Source of the DNA: the human T2T-CHM13v2.0 reference genome, Homo sapiens
Reading direction: 5' to 3' (one strand)
Length of the DNA stretch: 64,000 nucleotides
Assembly: GCF_009914755.1 (NCBI RefSeq)
Contig: NC_060933.1
Part shown: piece after piece, positions 49,720-62,969 of the stretch
How the letters are laid out: each line of letters opens with the position of its first letter
How positions within the stretch are numbered: position 1 is the first letter of the stretch
The notes under the pieces: model-generated
What the model saw: only the letters and a program-made list of their open reading frames with translations
Told to the model about the DNA's origin: nothing
Databases searched by the model: none
Translations under genes and position numbers: made by a program

Positions 49720-52700
49720 ATCACCAAATTCTACTCCTCTTCCCAACTCCCCAGTCTTTCCACAGTGCCCTCTGCAAATCAGCACTTTCATCAGCAAGAT
49801 CCCTGTGTCTTCAACCATTACCCTCAAGGTTCCTTCCATGACATTGCTCTACCTGAAATCTAGCTGATTCCTGAGGTAATTTCTTCTCCAAAAGCCCTCT
49901 CTTTCCCTGTGCTTGAAGAAGCTAAGGATTGAACTTGCAGAATCGAACTGAATTGAGAGAGATACTGATGGCCTCGATTATGATGCAGAGTTATATTTGT
50001 GGTGGACACTGGAGTAAAATTGCTTAGATTTGAGTCTTCACTCCTCCACTACTGAAAAAAAAAAAAAAAAAAGATAAACCAGCAAGGATTTTTAAACTGC
50101 TTTGAAGCTCCTGGCAGATGTAATGGGTATAACAGTACCTACTTCATGGGTTTATTATAAAGAGAAAAGGTCTCCTTTTTTCTCATCACCTTTTCTAGAT
50201 CATTCTTCTTTTCTCCTACAAACACACACGCTAGAAGTGAAGCTTATACCATTAGACTATGCCCTCTCCTTGTTCCTGTCATCTGCAAACCCCCTGGTCA
50301 CCACCCCTTATTCCTTGAAGTTCTGAACTCCTGGATTGCTTTCACTCTTTTCAACAGTATTTCCAGTATAGCTCTGTTTAAAAAAAAAATCACACCTTTA
50401 TTGAGATGGTATTCACGGACCATAAAATTACCCAACTAGAATGTACGATTTACAGGTTTTTTAGTATATTCATAGAGCTGTACAAATGTACAACCATCAC
50501 AATTTAATTTTAGCACATTTTCATCACCCCAAAAAGAAACCCTGTATCCATTAGCAGTCCCCAGTGCTAGGCAACCACTAATCTACTTTCTGTGTCTACA
50601 GATTTGTCCTATTCTGGACATTATATATATATGGAATCAGACAACATGTGACTTTTTGTCCTTACCTTCTTGTACTTAACATAACGTTTTCAAAGTTCAT
50701 GCATGTTCTAGCCTGTATTCATAACTCATTTATTTTTATTGCTGAATAATATTTCACTGTATGGATATACCACACTATATTTATACATTCATCAGTTAAT
50801 GGGCATTTAGCTTGTGTCCACTTTTTCACTATTATCAATAATTCTACTATTCATATTTTTGTACAAGTTTTTGTGTGGACATATGTTTTCATTTCTCTTG
50901 AATATATGTTAGAAGTAGAATAGTAACTCTATATTTAACAATTTGAGTACCTGCCAAACTGGTTTCCTAAGTGGCTGCATCATTTTACATTCCCACCAGC
51001 AATGAATGAGGGTTGCATTTCTCCACATCCTCTCCAACACTGGCTATCGTATGTCTTTTTCATTACAGCCATCCTATTGGTATCACATTGTGGTTTTAAT
51101 TTGCATTTTCCTGGTAACTAATGATGTTTAACAACAATCTTAATATCACCATGTGCTAATTGACCACATTAGGATAATCGTTCCTGATTGGGCTATCCAC
51201 TGACGTCATCTTTTCATACGCTGAGCTCTAAGTTCCTTGGCCTTAATTCCTTCAGTGATAATGTCCTCTGCCTCACCTGCATGATTCATTCCCACAGCCA
51301 TATATTAACCTAACCACCGAAAACAACTCCAACACCTCCATGATCTCAATTACAGGAATCCACCCTCCTATTACTGCCATTTACCTTTCTAGTTCATAAT
51401 ATATAGCTCCCAGACTCCTAAAATTATTTGGCCCCACCGTGACTTACAATTCATTGATCCTACAGATTTTCACTTTTTTTCACTCTTTCACACTCTCACT
51501 TTTTGTTGTATCTACACTTATACGATCCATAGTTACAACCGTACTTTATGTATACCTCAACTCCCTTGCTTTTTACATGCCATCACACTTGCTTGGCAAG
51601 ATTAGAGCCCTAGTTAAACCCAACTTGTCCTCATCCCCTACTTGCACCTACACTATTTAATTGAGTAGAAGAAGAAGAGGCAACCTTAATGGTTTGTTCT
51701 TACTGTAACTTCCTGGCCACTAAGCTCATGGACTGCTTGGAATTCCCAGGACAGTTCATTAGCTCAATCACTCTTCCACTGTCCTCGGTAATTATTTCAT
51801 AACCTTTTCCTCTCTCCTCAAACCTCTAACACCTTCTTTTCCACTGTGAGTTTCAGGCTGTCTTCTAGTTCAATGAGAAAATACCCATAGAGAACTTTCC
51901 ACTTGTTTTATCAACATCATATCTACTAAGTCTTCTGTACCTGACCATACATTCCACCTTCATCCTTGCTACCATTAATACCATTATACTCTTCCTGTTC
52001 CCACTCAAGGCACAAGTTCCTACACCCTCTAATATTCTCAAGGGTATCACCTCAACAAAGGTTTCCACATTTTCTTCTGCACTCCCAAATTTTCCCTCTC
52101 TGCTGGATCATTCTAATTAGCAAACAAACATGCTGTAATATGTTCTCTCTTAAAATTACCCCTCCTACCCCACACCCTGCTCCTACTATTGATTCATTTA
52201 CAGTTTCCGTTTACAGCAAATTTCCTTGAGAGAATTAGCCATTAACCATATTCACTGTCTCCATGTCATCTTCTCCCCTTCTCTCTTAAGCCAGACTAGA
52301 ATCATGCTTTTTAATCTTCATTATTTCAGCAAAACTGTTCTTGTGAAGGTCAACAATGATCTTCATGTTGTTAAACCAAATAGTCAATCCTCAGTACTTA
52401 ACTTACTTAAACTCCCTCTCTCTTGAAATGCTTCTCTTGGTTGGAATGAAAAACACCACCCTCCATTGTTTCTCCTTTTGCCTCTTCATTTTCTTTTGCC
52501 AAATCTTTGCCTTTTCTTGGCTTCTTAGCCTTCGAGTATCCCAGTGTTCTGTTCTCAGTTTTCTTTAGTTCTCCAGCTACACTCACTCTCCAGGTCATCT
52601 CATCCAGCATCATGTCTGTAAATACTATCTATAGACCAATGAATCCCATGTTTGTGTTCCCCACCCCAGTTTCAGGTAGCCAAATTTCTACTGTTCAAAA

Positions 52701-53613
52701 ACTCGTGAATATCTGATAAGTATCTCAAACTTATCATGTCCCAAACCAAATTCCTGATGTCCCTCTCCCGAGCATATTCCTTCACCATCTTCTCTAACCC
52801 AGTAAGCAGTGATGCACCTACACATTCTGTCCGATGCACAGGCAGAATCCAGAGACTGACACTTTCATTCTATCTCTACTACTACAGTTTTGTTCCAGCT
52901 TCTCAGCCTGCCTAAATCATTGCAGTGGCACTCTAACTAGTCTCCAATTTCTGTTTTTATCCTTCACTTCCTACATAGCAGTCAGAGGGACTGTTTTAAA
53001 ATACAATTCAAATGCTTTCTCATCTCATTTTGTGTTAAAGTCGTGTCTTTATAATTTCCCAAAAGGATCAATATGACCTGGGCTCTGCTTGACAGTCTGA
53101 CCCCCAATCCTTACTGTCTTTCTCCCTCACTCTCTCTACTCTAGCCCATTGACCTCCTTGCCAGACATGCCAAGCATCTTCTTGCCTCAGGGTCTTTGCA
53201 CTTGCCTAAAAGATTTTTTACCTCCACCCAGAATGTTCTTCTCCCAGATATTTTCATGGATCACCCTCTTACATTTTTCAGCTCTCTGCTCAAATATCAC
53301 CTCCACAGGATGACCTTTCTTGAATATAACATGTAAATGGCACCCTGCTTCTATCTCTATCCCTTTGCCCTGCTTTATTTTTCTACATGGCATTCATTAC
53401 CGTCTCAAATAGCAAATATCTGTTTGTTTGTTTCTTTGTTTGTTTGCCTGCTTGTTATTTTCCATAAGCCCCCATCAGAAAGCAAGTAACATGAGAAAAG
53501 GAAGCAAGTAACATAAGAAAAACATAAGCTTTATTTGTTGTGGTATCCCACATGTAATGTCTTGCACATAGTAGGCTCAATGAATGTTTATAAATAAAAG
53601 AATGCATGCATGA
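49720..53613 (+). mobile_element. Long degraded L2 (L2a-like), interrupted by a MIR (about 50000-50165) and an L1MB (about 50393-51129)
   Basis: C/T-rich L2 body motifs (TTGCTCTACCTGAAATCTAGCT; GAAGGTCAACAATGATCTTCATGTTG; TATCTCAAACTTATCATGTCCCAAAC; CTCAGGGTCTTTGCACTTGC) ending in the L2 tail GCACATAGTAGGCTCAATGAATG. The 5' boundary is uncertain. Confidence 0.75.
50393..51129 (-). mobile_element. L1MB7/8-like 3' end
   Basis: CTTTATTGAGAT...TTTTCATCACCCCAAAAAGAAACCC...GGCAACCACTAATCTACTTTCTG...CATTCCCACCAGCAATGAATGAG. Confidence 0.9.
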
Positions 53614-53687
53614 GTTAATTTATTAATTGGCTTTGTGACCAAGACCTATGTGTCATGTTTGGCCAAAGAAATATTCAGAGACCCTGC

Positions 53688-54230
53688 TTTTTCTTTTTCT
53701 TTTTTTTTTTTTTCATTATACTTCAAGTTCTGGGATACACGTGCAGAACATGCAGGTTTGTTAAATAGGTATACACATGCCATGGTGGTTTGCTGCACCC
53801 ATCAACCCATCATCTACATTAGGTATTTCTCCTAATGCTATCCCTCCCCTAGCCCCCCACCCACTGACAGGCCCAGAGTGTGATGTTCCCCTCCCTGGGT
53901 CCATGTGTTCTCATTGTTCAACTCCCACTTATGAGAGAGAACATGCGGTGTTTGGTTTTCTGTTCTTGTGTTAGTTTGCTGAGAATGATGGTTTCCAGCT
54001 TCATCCATGTCCCTGCAAAGGACATAAACTCATCCTTTTTTATGGCTGCATGGTATTCTATGGTGTATATGTGCCACATTTTCTTTATCTAGTTTATCAT
54101 TGATGGGCATTTGGGTTGTTTTCAAGTCTTTGCTATTGTGAACAATGCTACAATAAACATACGTGTGCATGTGTCTTTATAGTAGAATGATTTATAATCC
54201 TTTGGGTATATACCCAGTAATGGGATTGCT
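53688..54230 (-). mobile_element. L1PA7-like, 5'-truncated (about 520 bp)
   Basis: T-tail then ATTATACTTCAAGTTCTGGGATACACGTGCAGAAC...ATACCCAGTAATGGGATTGCT. Confidence 0.95.
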
Positions 54231-54243
54231 CCAGAAACTCTTC

Positions 54244-55122
54244 TTTTTCTTAATTGACAAATAATAATTGTGTATATTTATAAGGTACAATGTGATGTTT
54301 TGACATATGCATGCATTATAGAAAGATTCAGTCAAGCTAATTAACTTATCCATCACCTCACAAATTTATCGTTGTTCTGTGGTAAGAACATTAAAAATCT
54401 ATCTTACTAATTATGAAATATACAATGCATAATTATTAACTGTGGTAATCATACAGTGCAATAGATTATTAAAACGTATTCCTCCAGTGTAACTGAAACT
54501 TCATACCCTTTGATCAACATCTTCCCTTTCCCCATTCTTCTCCCTCTCTCCACTACCTCAGCCTCTAGTAACCACCTTTTCACTCTCTGCTTTTGTGAGA
54601 TCAACTTGTTAGGATTCCATATATAAATGAAATTGTACAGTATTTGTCTTTCTGTGCCTGTCTTATTCACTTAGCATAATGTCATCCAGTTCCATCCATG
54701 TTGTCACAAATGACAAAATTTCCCTTTTAAAGGCTATATAATATTCCATTATATATTTGTACCACCTTTATCTATTCATCTCTTGATGGACACTTAGGTT
54801 GATTCCATATCTTGACCATTGGGAATAGTGCTGCAATGAACATGGGAGTATAGATGTCTCTTTGACATACCAATTTTTACACTAATTTACATCCTCACCA
54901 ACCATGTACAAGGGTTCCCTTTCTTCCACATCCTCACCAACACTTGTTATTATTCATCTTTTTTATAATAGTCATTCTAACATACATGAAGTGATATCTC
55001 ATTGTGGTTTTAGCTTGCATTTCCCCGATGATTAGAGAGTTTGAGCATTTTTTCATAGATCTGTTGACTATATCTCTCTTTTGGGTATATATCCAAAAGA
55101 ATTGAAATCAGTGTGTCAAAGA
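54244..55122 (-). mobile_element. L1MA-like 3' end with an internal deletion and a 5' inversion (55072-55122)
   Basis: TAATTGACAAATAATAATTGTG...CAAGCTAATTAAC...TAACTGAAACTT. The terminal segment TGGGTATATATCCAAAAGAATTGAAATCAG is sense L1. Confidence 0.9.
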
Positions 55123-55159
55123 CCCTTCTTGCAATATCATTCTAGTTTCTGGGAAATGA

Positions 55160-56030
55160 GACAGCATGGTGTACTGGGAGGAGATTCATCTTGGGAGTCA
55201 AAAGACTAGATTTTATTTCCAGCTTTGTCCCTACCTGACTACTGTATAACTCTGGGTAAGTGAGATACAATTTCTGGATCTCCATTTCTTTAGCCACATT
55301 ATGACCCTTTTAAATAAAATAATATTTGATAATCATATCCCCCAGAATTTTAAACTTCCTTGATGCTAAATCAAACACTGAGTTGAACAGTGCCATCCTT
55401 CCTTGGATCACCAGATGTTGCATGTGGCTGAATGATAAGTCTTCCTGCTTTCAGAGTTCAATATTAAGGACTCTGGTTTCCACCAATATAATTTTCATTT
55501 CACCCATCTGCCTACTTTAGCAATTCTATTTCTCATTCAGTTCAAACTCAGAAAAGAGAATTGCTGGTTATCCGGCCATCTCAAATCCCCCAATTTGGCA
55601 CTTTACATGCATTGTCTCACTTAATCCTCACCACAGCTTTGCAATGTAGGTATTAACCTAACTTTACAAATGAAGAAGATGAAGTTAAAATAACTTGATT
55701 AAAGCCACCCAACTAGAAACATGATAGACAATTTGAGCCCATGTCTGCATTTCCCAGAAAGCCTTAATATTTTTATTCTTCAAACCATAGAGGGACAAAG
55801 ATTTTAATAGAATTTCAGCGTTTGCCCTCACCAGCTGTATGACATTCAAGACATCAGTGCACCACCATGGGCCTCAATTTTATCTTCTGTAAAATTGGAC
55901 AATAATACTAACCTTCCTGCATCAAAATGAATATACAATCCTTGTCATGAGGATCATATGAGATGATGCAAGTGAAAGCATCTAAAAAATATAGAAAAGT
56001 ATAAACTACCATTCACATAAAGATTTTATT
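55160..56030. mobile_element. Three MIR fragments (+ about 55160-55290; - about 55600-55750; + about 55815-56030)
   Basis: ACAGCATGGTGTA...GGAGTCA; TCTCACTTAATCCTCAC...TTTACAAATGAAGAA; GGGCCTCAATTTTATCTTCTGTAAAAT. Confidence 0.72.
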
Positions 56031-56844
56031 TTTCAGACCATACAAGATATTCTCTCAATCCCAAATGTGGAGGAAAAATTGAGAAATAGTCATAAATTGA
56101 AAACATCTTTTGCAAATGTGTCTGTCTCAAAGGAAAGACAAGATTCTGCTTCTTTCAGCTGACTTTCCAGTCTAATGACCTAGAATTCACTGCTATGCTT
56201 TTATTTTCATCCCAACGTGCTACAACCCACGTGAAAATGTCTGATAAGCTGGGAGCTTCTTTTGATGCATGGGAAAAGAAAATGTTTTTATTCCAAGGCA
56301 CCCATATCTTTTCTGAATATTTTTCTTCATATTCTTCTGGAGGTTTTGATCTCACATTATTTTTCTTTTGATTCGAAGGATGGAAAAAAAAAGAATCTAC
56401 AGGACTTTTCAATTATTTATCACAGAAGGCATTTAAGGCCTGGTTTCAAAGTTGATTTCTGGATTTCTACACTCACTCATGCACATCGAGAAGTTGGTAT
56501 GACCTCCTGAGAGGACAGCTCAGTGAAGGTCGAAGGATGTGTCTGACTGACATGTGGGCCCTCAGATATTCTGACCCAGACCTCTGTCTCCAAGCTAGGG
56601 GCAGCAGCATCTGTGTGATGGAAGGAGCTGCTGAGAAACTCTTCCAGGCATCTGACTCTTCAATTTGGTCTCTGACCTCTACTACTTTCCTGCCACAAAA
56701 GATAAATTTATGCCTTTATTGAAGAATATTAGAATTAGATTTCACTGCAATTTGATAGATATTTATTGAGTACCTATGCCTATTTTGTACCACACATTGT
56801 GCAAGGAGCTGTTAAGATGAAAATTATTCATTATTCGTGATAAA

Positions 56845-57065
56845 GATGGTCAAGAGTAACTAGGACTCAGACAACCTGGGTTCAAATTCCAGCTCCACCA
56901 CTTTTCACTTACTGTGAAATGTTAGACAAGTCTTTTAACCTATCTGAGCCTGAATTTCTTCATGTATAAAATGAGAATAGTAATAATAATCCCAAACTTA
57001 TGACACAAATCCATGTAGACAACATACACAGTATCTGGTCCATGGCTGTTCATTAGTATCATGAG
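56845..57065 (+). mobile_element. MIR
   Basis: CCTGGGTTCAAATTCCAGCTCCACCACTT...TCTGAGCCTGAATTTCTTCATGTATAAAATG. Confidence 0.85.
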
Positions 57066-57199
57066 AATGAGGATGGTGTTCTAAATGCAAGTAAGCCAAA
57101 GTAATTTGGTTCCCTGCCTTCATACTCTAATGGGAAGCATAGATTTTAATCAGATAGTCATATAAACCAATAGTTACAAAAGTGCTAGAATAGATTATG

Positions 57200-58581
57200 T
57201 TGCTGCCTTTCCATTGTGTAGTAGCCATGCACATTTGGGCTGGGGACAGGAACCGAGCCCAATCTCGGCTCTTTAAATGTGGTCTAAACAGCTCAGTATA
57301 ATCTGTGTAAATTCTGTCTCATCACCACTGTGATTATGTGACCTAAATCATTTTTATCAAAGGGAAGCCTAGAACTTTTATAGTAGGAAGGGAAACTCCC
57401 TTTCTCTGCCAGTGGATGTGGCAGCGAAAGTATTTGACCCAGAAGTGGATAGCAGCCCATTTTTCAACCAGCAAGAGAGCCAAACAGAAGGAAGTCAATC
57501 TCTGTGGATGGAAGAATAAGATGTATAAAGAAAATGAAGTTTTGGCAATATGGTTGAACCATTGGATCTAGCTTTACATAAAACCTGCCATACCTGGGAA
57601 TATCTACACACACACACAAAAATCGATAACAAAAAGACAAATAGACAACCCAATTTTAAAATCCGGCAAATGATCTGAATAGACATTTCTCCAGGGAAGA
57701 TATGCAAATGGCAAATAAGCACATGAAAAAATGCTCAACATCATTATTCATCAGGGAAATGCAAATCAAAACTATTATAAGATACCACTTCACACCTACT
57801 AAGATGACTAGAATCAAAAAGTCAGATACTAACAACTGTTGGTGAGCATGTGAAGAAATCAACCCACATACACTGTTGGTGGGAATAAAAAAGGATGCAG
57901 CCACTTTGGAAAATAGTCTGGTAGTTCCTCAGATGATTAAACATAGAGTTACCCATTTGACTTACCAATTCCATCTTTGCCACATATCGAAGAGAAATAA
58001 AAACACAGTCACACCAAAACTTGTAAATTAATCTTTACAGAAGCATTATTCATAATAGCCAAGAAATGGAAATAACTCAGATTGAATGGGCAAGAAAAAT
58101 GTGATATATCCATAAAATAGAATATGATTCAGCTATAAAAAGAAATGAAGTATTCATGCTACAACATGGATAAACCTCAAAAGCATTATGCTAAGCAAAA
58201 GAAGCCAGTCATTTTTTAAAAATCATATTGTATGATTCCATTCATATGAGATAACCAGAACAGGAAAATCTCTAGAGACAAAGTTCATTAGCAGTTGGTT
58301 AGGTGAGAGAGGGATGGGATGATAGGCACTGATAGCTAAAACGTGTGGGATTTCTTTCTGAAATGATGAAAATCTTCTAAAATTGACTGTGGTGATGATT
58401 GCACATATCTGTGAATATACTAAAAACCATTTACTTGAATTGTATATATATTTTAAATGGGTGAATTGTATGGTTGTGAATTATATACCAATAAAGCTTT
58501 AAAAATAAATAGATTTTCTTTATTCTTTAAGCTGGTTTTAAATTGGGTTTTAGCTACTTGCAATTAAACAATTTCTAATAC
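57200..58581 (+). mobile_element. Old MaLR LTR (MLT1K/L-like) split by the L1 at about 57620-58505
   Basis: Left part ...GTTGAACCATTGGATCTAGC; right part AATAAAT...TTTAAGCTGGTTTTAAATTGGGTTTT...ACTTGCAA...CTAATACA. The 5' boundary is uncertain. Confidence 0.6.
57620..58505 (+). mobile_element. L1MB-like 3' end
   Basis: GAATAGACATTTCTCCA...AGCACATGAAAAAATGCTCAACATCA...TGTGAATATACTAAAAACCA...CAATAAAGCT. Confidence 0.9.
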
Positions 58582-59419
58582 AAGTGCCATGAATTAAAAC
58601 CACCAGGGCTTCAAGAGTATACATCGGAGTTACCTGATCTCATCTGGACATGGGGGACATTCAGAGTAGAAATCAAGAACAGTGGCCTGGTGGGCCAAAT
58701 GTATGGCTGTGTTCCTCTATGCCAACCCTATAGGTTTCCAGTCTTCGCCTCCCTCCTCTGTTTGTAGAAGGCACCACTGGCCCTCACCTGCAGAGGGCTT
58801 TAGGGTCAATATGAACATGATGCAGGGCAGGAAGGCTCTCAGCAGCTTCCACTGATCATCCATCATATCACTCATTTCCAGCCTTTATGAGTGTATAAAT
58901 GCACATTTTTCATCAGCACACTCCTTTCTCTTTCCTAAAGCCCTGTTCTTTTTCTCCAGCCCCGTGTGACTGAGTTCCTAGAAATTTAGCTCAGTGTTTT
59001 TCTGGTATGACCAGGATCCCAAGTCCTACCTATATCTGGGCCTTGACTTTCTCTTGCAATTGTCCGTTGTAAAGACTAAAATAATAATAATGCATATAAA
59101 ACAACTAGCATAATGTCTTCCCTAGTAGTACATGCCTAGTAAATGCTAATTTCTTTCCCTCTCCTCCAACAGACCTTCTGTCTGCTGGCAGACTACCTGG
59201 ACTTCAAGTTTCTCCCATCTTCCGATTTGACCACTCTAGTCCACCTTTTGGATTTTTAGGGGGCAGGCTGCTCGTTGAATCCCTCCCAGCTTAATTTTGC
59301 TCATTGGATTTTCAATGCATTGACCCCAGTAGGAAAGTTAGTTCCCCATGGGTGTCCCCATTGCTACTCAATCTGAAAATAATTAAAACTGGTGATGCCT
59401 AGTAAAATAATCAAATATA

Positions 59420-60250
59420 TCTGTCAGACAGTAAGCATGAGTATAAGTCCCACAGGGACAAGGGGTCTCACCTTACACCCACATAAAATAGCACAAAGGC
59501 TGAGACATGGTAGAACTTCGGAAAATATTTGTTAAATGGATAAATGGCCTTCATTGTACTGAAATTATCTAAATGTCTGTCCCGTCTTCTACAGTGGAAA
59601 CTCCCATTAGGCAGTGCCTCTGTCTGATCACCTCTGTAAGCCCAAAAACTTGCAGATAGTCTACATTAGAGCAAGGCACTCAGTACATATTTGTAGATTT
59701 CTTGGCTTCTTCCATGAAGTCAATTACCCCAACTAAATAAGATCTCAGTTCCCTCTGAACACTTAACAACTTCTCCAATAAAACTCTTCTTACACATTTA
59801 CATAATTCTGCCTTGTGCTATAATAATTTGCAAGAATGGCTTTTTGCCCCCATGAGCTTATGAGCTTTTCTAAAGGTGGGGTTCCCATCTGATTCATCTT
59901 CTGGGGCTCCTACACAGAATAAAAAGTATAACAGAAGCTCAGGAAACATATTTGTTGAATAAGCAAGTGGATGATCGAATACGTGGATATGAGAAGACCG
60001 AGAATTACTTAGCAGAGGAAATGAACTCGTGGTGTCTGGAAGGCAGCAACATGGTCTGGTCCACGCTCAGTTTTTGCTAAATTGAAATGACACTGTCATC
60101 AAGATTTATTAGTAGACATCTTGTTTGTTTTATCATCTTCTCCTCCCATAAGACTGAAAGTTCTCAGAGAACGGCACTCGTATCTGATGTGCTCACCATT
60201 GCATCCTCGCCGTTTTAACACATGATAAGTACTCAATAAAAGAGTTAATG
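59420..60250 (+). mobile_element. Cluster of about four co-oriented L2 3'-end fragments
   Basis: Repeated degenerate L2 tails: AAATATTTGTTAAATGGAT, CTCAGTACATATTTGT, CATATTTGTTGAATAAG, GTACTCAATAAA. Confidence 0.6.
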
Positions 60251-60864
60251 GCTGGACATTAACCCACCCAGCAAGTCCCCAAGGTCCCAGCTCTCACATC
60301 CACCTCTCTTGCTTTCAATCCTGCGATGAGCAGTGGAAGCCTTGTGCCTTCTAAGTTGATGAGGATACAATCATGGTGGTGATCATCCTCCTTCAGTACC
60401 CCCCACAAACCCCACTCCCCATTATACTTTACCAACTGGCTTGAATCATTTAATTTGCAGTTAATTCAGAGGCATCTGAGCCAGGCTCTGATATATTGGG
60501 TGATCAAGACAAATGGCTGGAGTATTTTTATGAGTAAAATCTCTCCAGTTTTCAGTACATAAATCATTTGTTGTGAAATCGCTCATTGTCTTTAGGCAAG
60601 GCTGTAACGTGAGGGAAAATTCTATCTATTTATGAGCCAAAAGTCAGGGGATTAGGAACAGTTTGAAGGAAAGAGGCTACAATATAAAAATAAGATTTAT
60701 CTCTTAATATTCTCCTTACATATATTCCTCCACCCTTTTCTCTTACTTTTAAGCGTGGAATAGGAATTCAATTTCATGTTTGTTTCGCAGAATCACAGGG
60801 GGAAAAAACAGATCTTGAGAGGCAGAATTTAGAGAATTTTTTAGCTCCATACCAATTCAACCAA

Positions 60865-61182
60865 TTCCTTTCTGATCTCAGGTTGAAAGTCACTTCCTCG
60901 GAGAAGCCTTCCTTGATGACTTAGTCTACATTAGATCATTCCCATTAATCATGGGCCCTCACAGCTCCTGCTGGTATTCCTTTTTTACTCTACTACAGTT
61001 CTAATGATACATTTATTTGTTTGCCTGCTTGCTTAATGCCTATATCTCTCAGTAGACTGTAAATTTATTTATGTAGGGATTATTACTATAAAAGGAATTT
61101 GTTTTCCCCTGTATCTTCAACACCTAACACAGTGCCTGGCATAAAATAGGTGCTGGGAAAACATCTGTTGTAAATAAATACA
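60865..61182 (+). mobile_element. L2 3' end
   Basis: GTCACTTCCTCGGAGAAGCCTTCC...CACCTAACACAGTGCCTGGCATAAAATAGGTGCT. Confidence 0.85.
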
Positions 61183-61344
61183 TAATGAGAACTTCCCCAG
61201 CTCCTTTTCAGAGTTAATCTAGAAAGCCCACTACGGAAAAGAAAGCACTATTTAATTCTCCCAAGTATTTTACATATGTTGACTAGACATGAAATGTAAC
61301 TCTTTTATAAAATAAATGTGTTTATTCTATGCAAATTATTGCAC

Positions 61345-61540
61345 GAGTTACCCCTTATAATACTCTCAACAATGCCAAAATGTGGTAGAAATAGCTATTA
61401 TCCTCATCCTAATGATAAGCAATTTGTAGCTTGGGAAGCTTCGACAACTTGTCCAAGATGTGTCAGCCACCAGTGGTACAGAAGGAATTAGAAGTCATAT
61501 ATTTTGACTCCCAAATTCAAATTCTTGCCACCATGCTCTG
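61345..61540 (-). mobile_element. MIR (degraded)
   Basis: CTATTATCCTCAT...ACAACTTGTCCAAGAT...TTTGACTCCCAAA. Confidence 0.65.
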
Positions 61541-62969
61541 TACCCTCCTCCTGAAAACCTAGGGAGCAGAAGGAATTTATTTCCTGATGAAAACTTTTTT
61601 CTCCTTTTTGGATCTCCATCACTAGAAGGAACAAAATAAGTGAAAACAACTGAAGACCAAAGGTAGGATTATGTTTTCCTTTTCTCTTTAAAAGTGGCAG
61701 AAAATCAGCAGACATGATTCTGAACATGGTCAATGTTTTTCAGACTGTGCTAGCATCTTCCTGCAAAAGAGTTTTTCAGAAAACCTTGCAGGATGTCGGC
61801 TCCTGCTCTATACAAGATTCATCTTTTGGTGCATTGATCCAAAAGGGAGGGCTTCACTTCCAACAAACTGTAGCAGAGGCACGCAGACACAGAGGCACAT
61901 CCACAGCTGCACATGCTTACACATATGTTTGAACTATGCCCATCAGTGCCCACAAATGGACTCCTGCATATGTTTTCACAAACAAGCAATACATCATCCT
62001 CCTTCACCATCACAGCAAGCACAGGATCAGATGAATGCACTAATTCGCTCATGCCTCTACACAAATGCGTCCTCATAAACATTTAATAATAACCCAAGTC
62101 GATATACCATCTTACAACACACAAGGTCTTTTCCTGTCCGTTTTCCCATTTTACTCTTAAAATAACCCATGTTTTATTTGATTTTTTAAAATGCCAACCT
62201 AATAGTTTAATAGGGGTCTTTACCTGAGCCTCATTAGATGGGTTTCAGAGGTTCTCAGGCTTACTCTGAAATCGAATGCAAAACTGCCTATATGTGCATT
62301 TTTTTCAGCGTGTTAGGATCCAGGGTTTTCATGCCTATTTCCCTACCCACAAGAAAAGGTTTTGGGCCACCAAGTCATGGGAATGATCTCACTGACCTGA
62401 AACTAAAGATATTAAAGTTTATAAAAGTGCCTTTTCCTCCATTTCCTCACTTAATTCACACATCTACAACCTTATGAAATTAACCTTACAAGTATGACTT
62501 TTTGATAGATGAGAATACCGGGCTTGGAGGTATCTCCAAGCTCATGTCCCCTAACACCCACTTATCTTTTTTAATTCTGCCTGCCACACTACTGAGATGG
62601 AAAAAGAAGAGAGACTAACATCTGATAGGGATTGCCCTTGATAGGGAATTACACATGTTTTCTCCATCCATGTGAGCCAAAAGGTCACATACAGGTTTTT
62701 TCATAGGAAACCAACTCAGGCAACTGAAAAGTGACTATTTTAATAAAAATTTTAGTTTCTTACTACACATCTAGTAAATATAACATTTTGGACAACCAGA
62801 GAATAAAGATTCCCTAAGAGATTAACCAGATCATTTTTAACAGCTCTATAAACACATGCCCAAAGAGGCAAGCTGTTTCCTCTTCTTGCTTGGGGGTGCT
62901 CTTTGTCCAGATAGCCAGATGGCTCATTCACTCACTTCCTTCAGATCTCTGTTCAAATGGCGTATTGTA

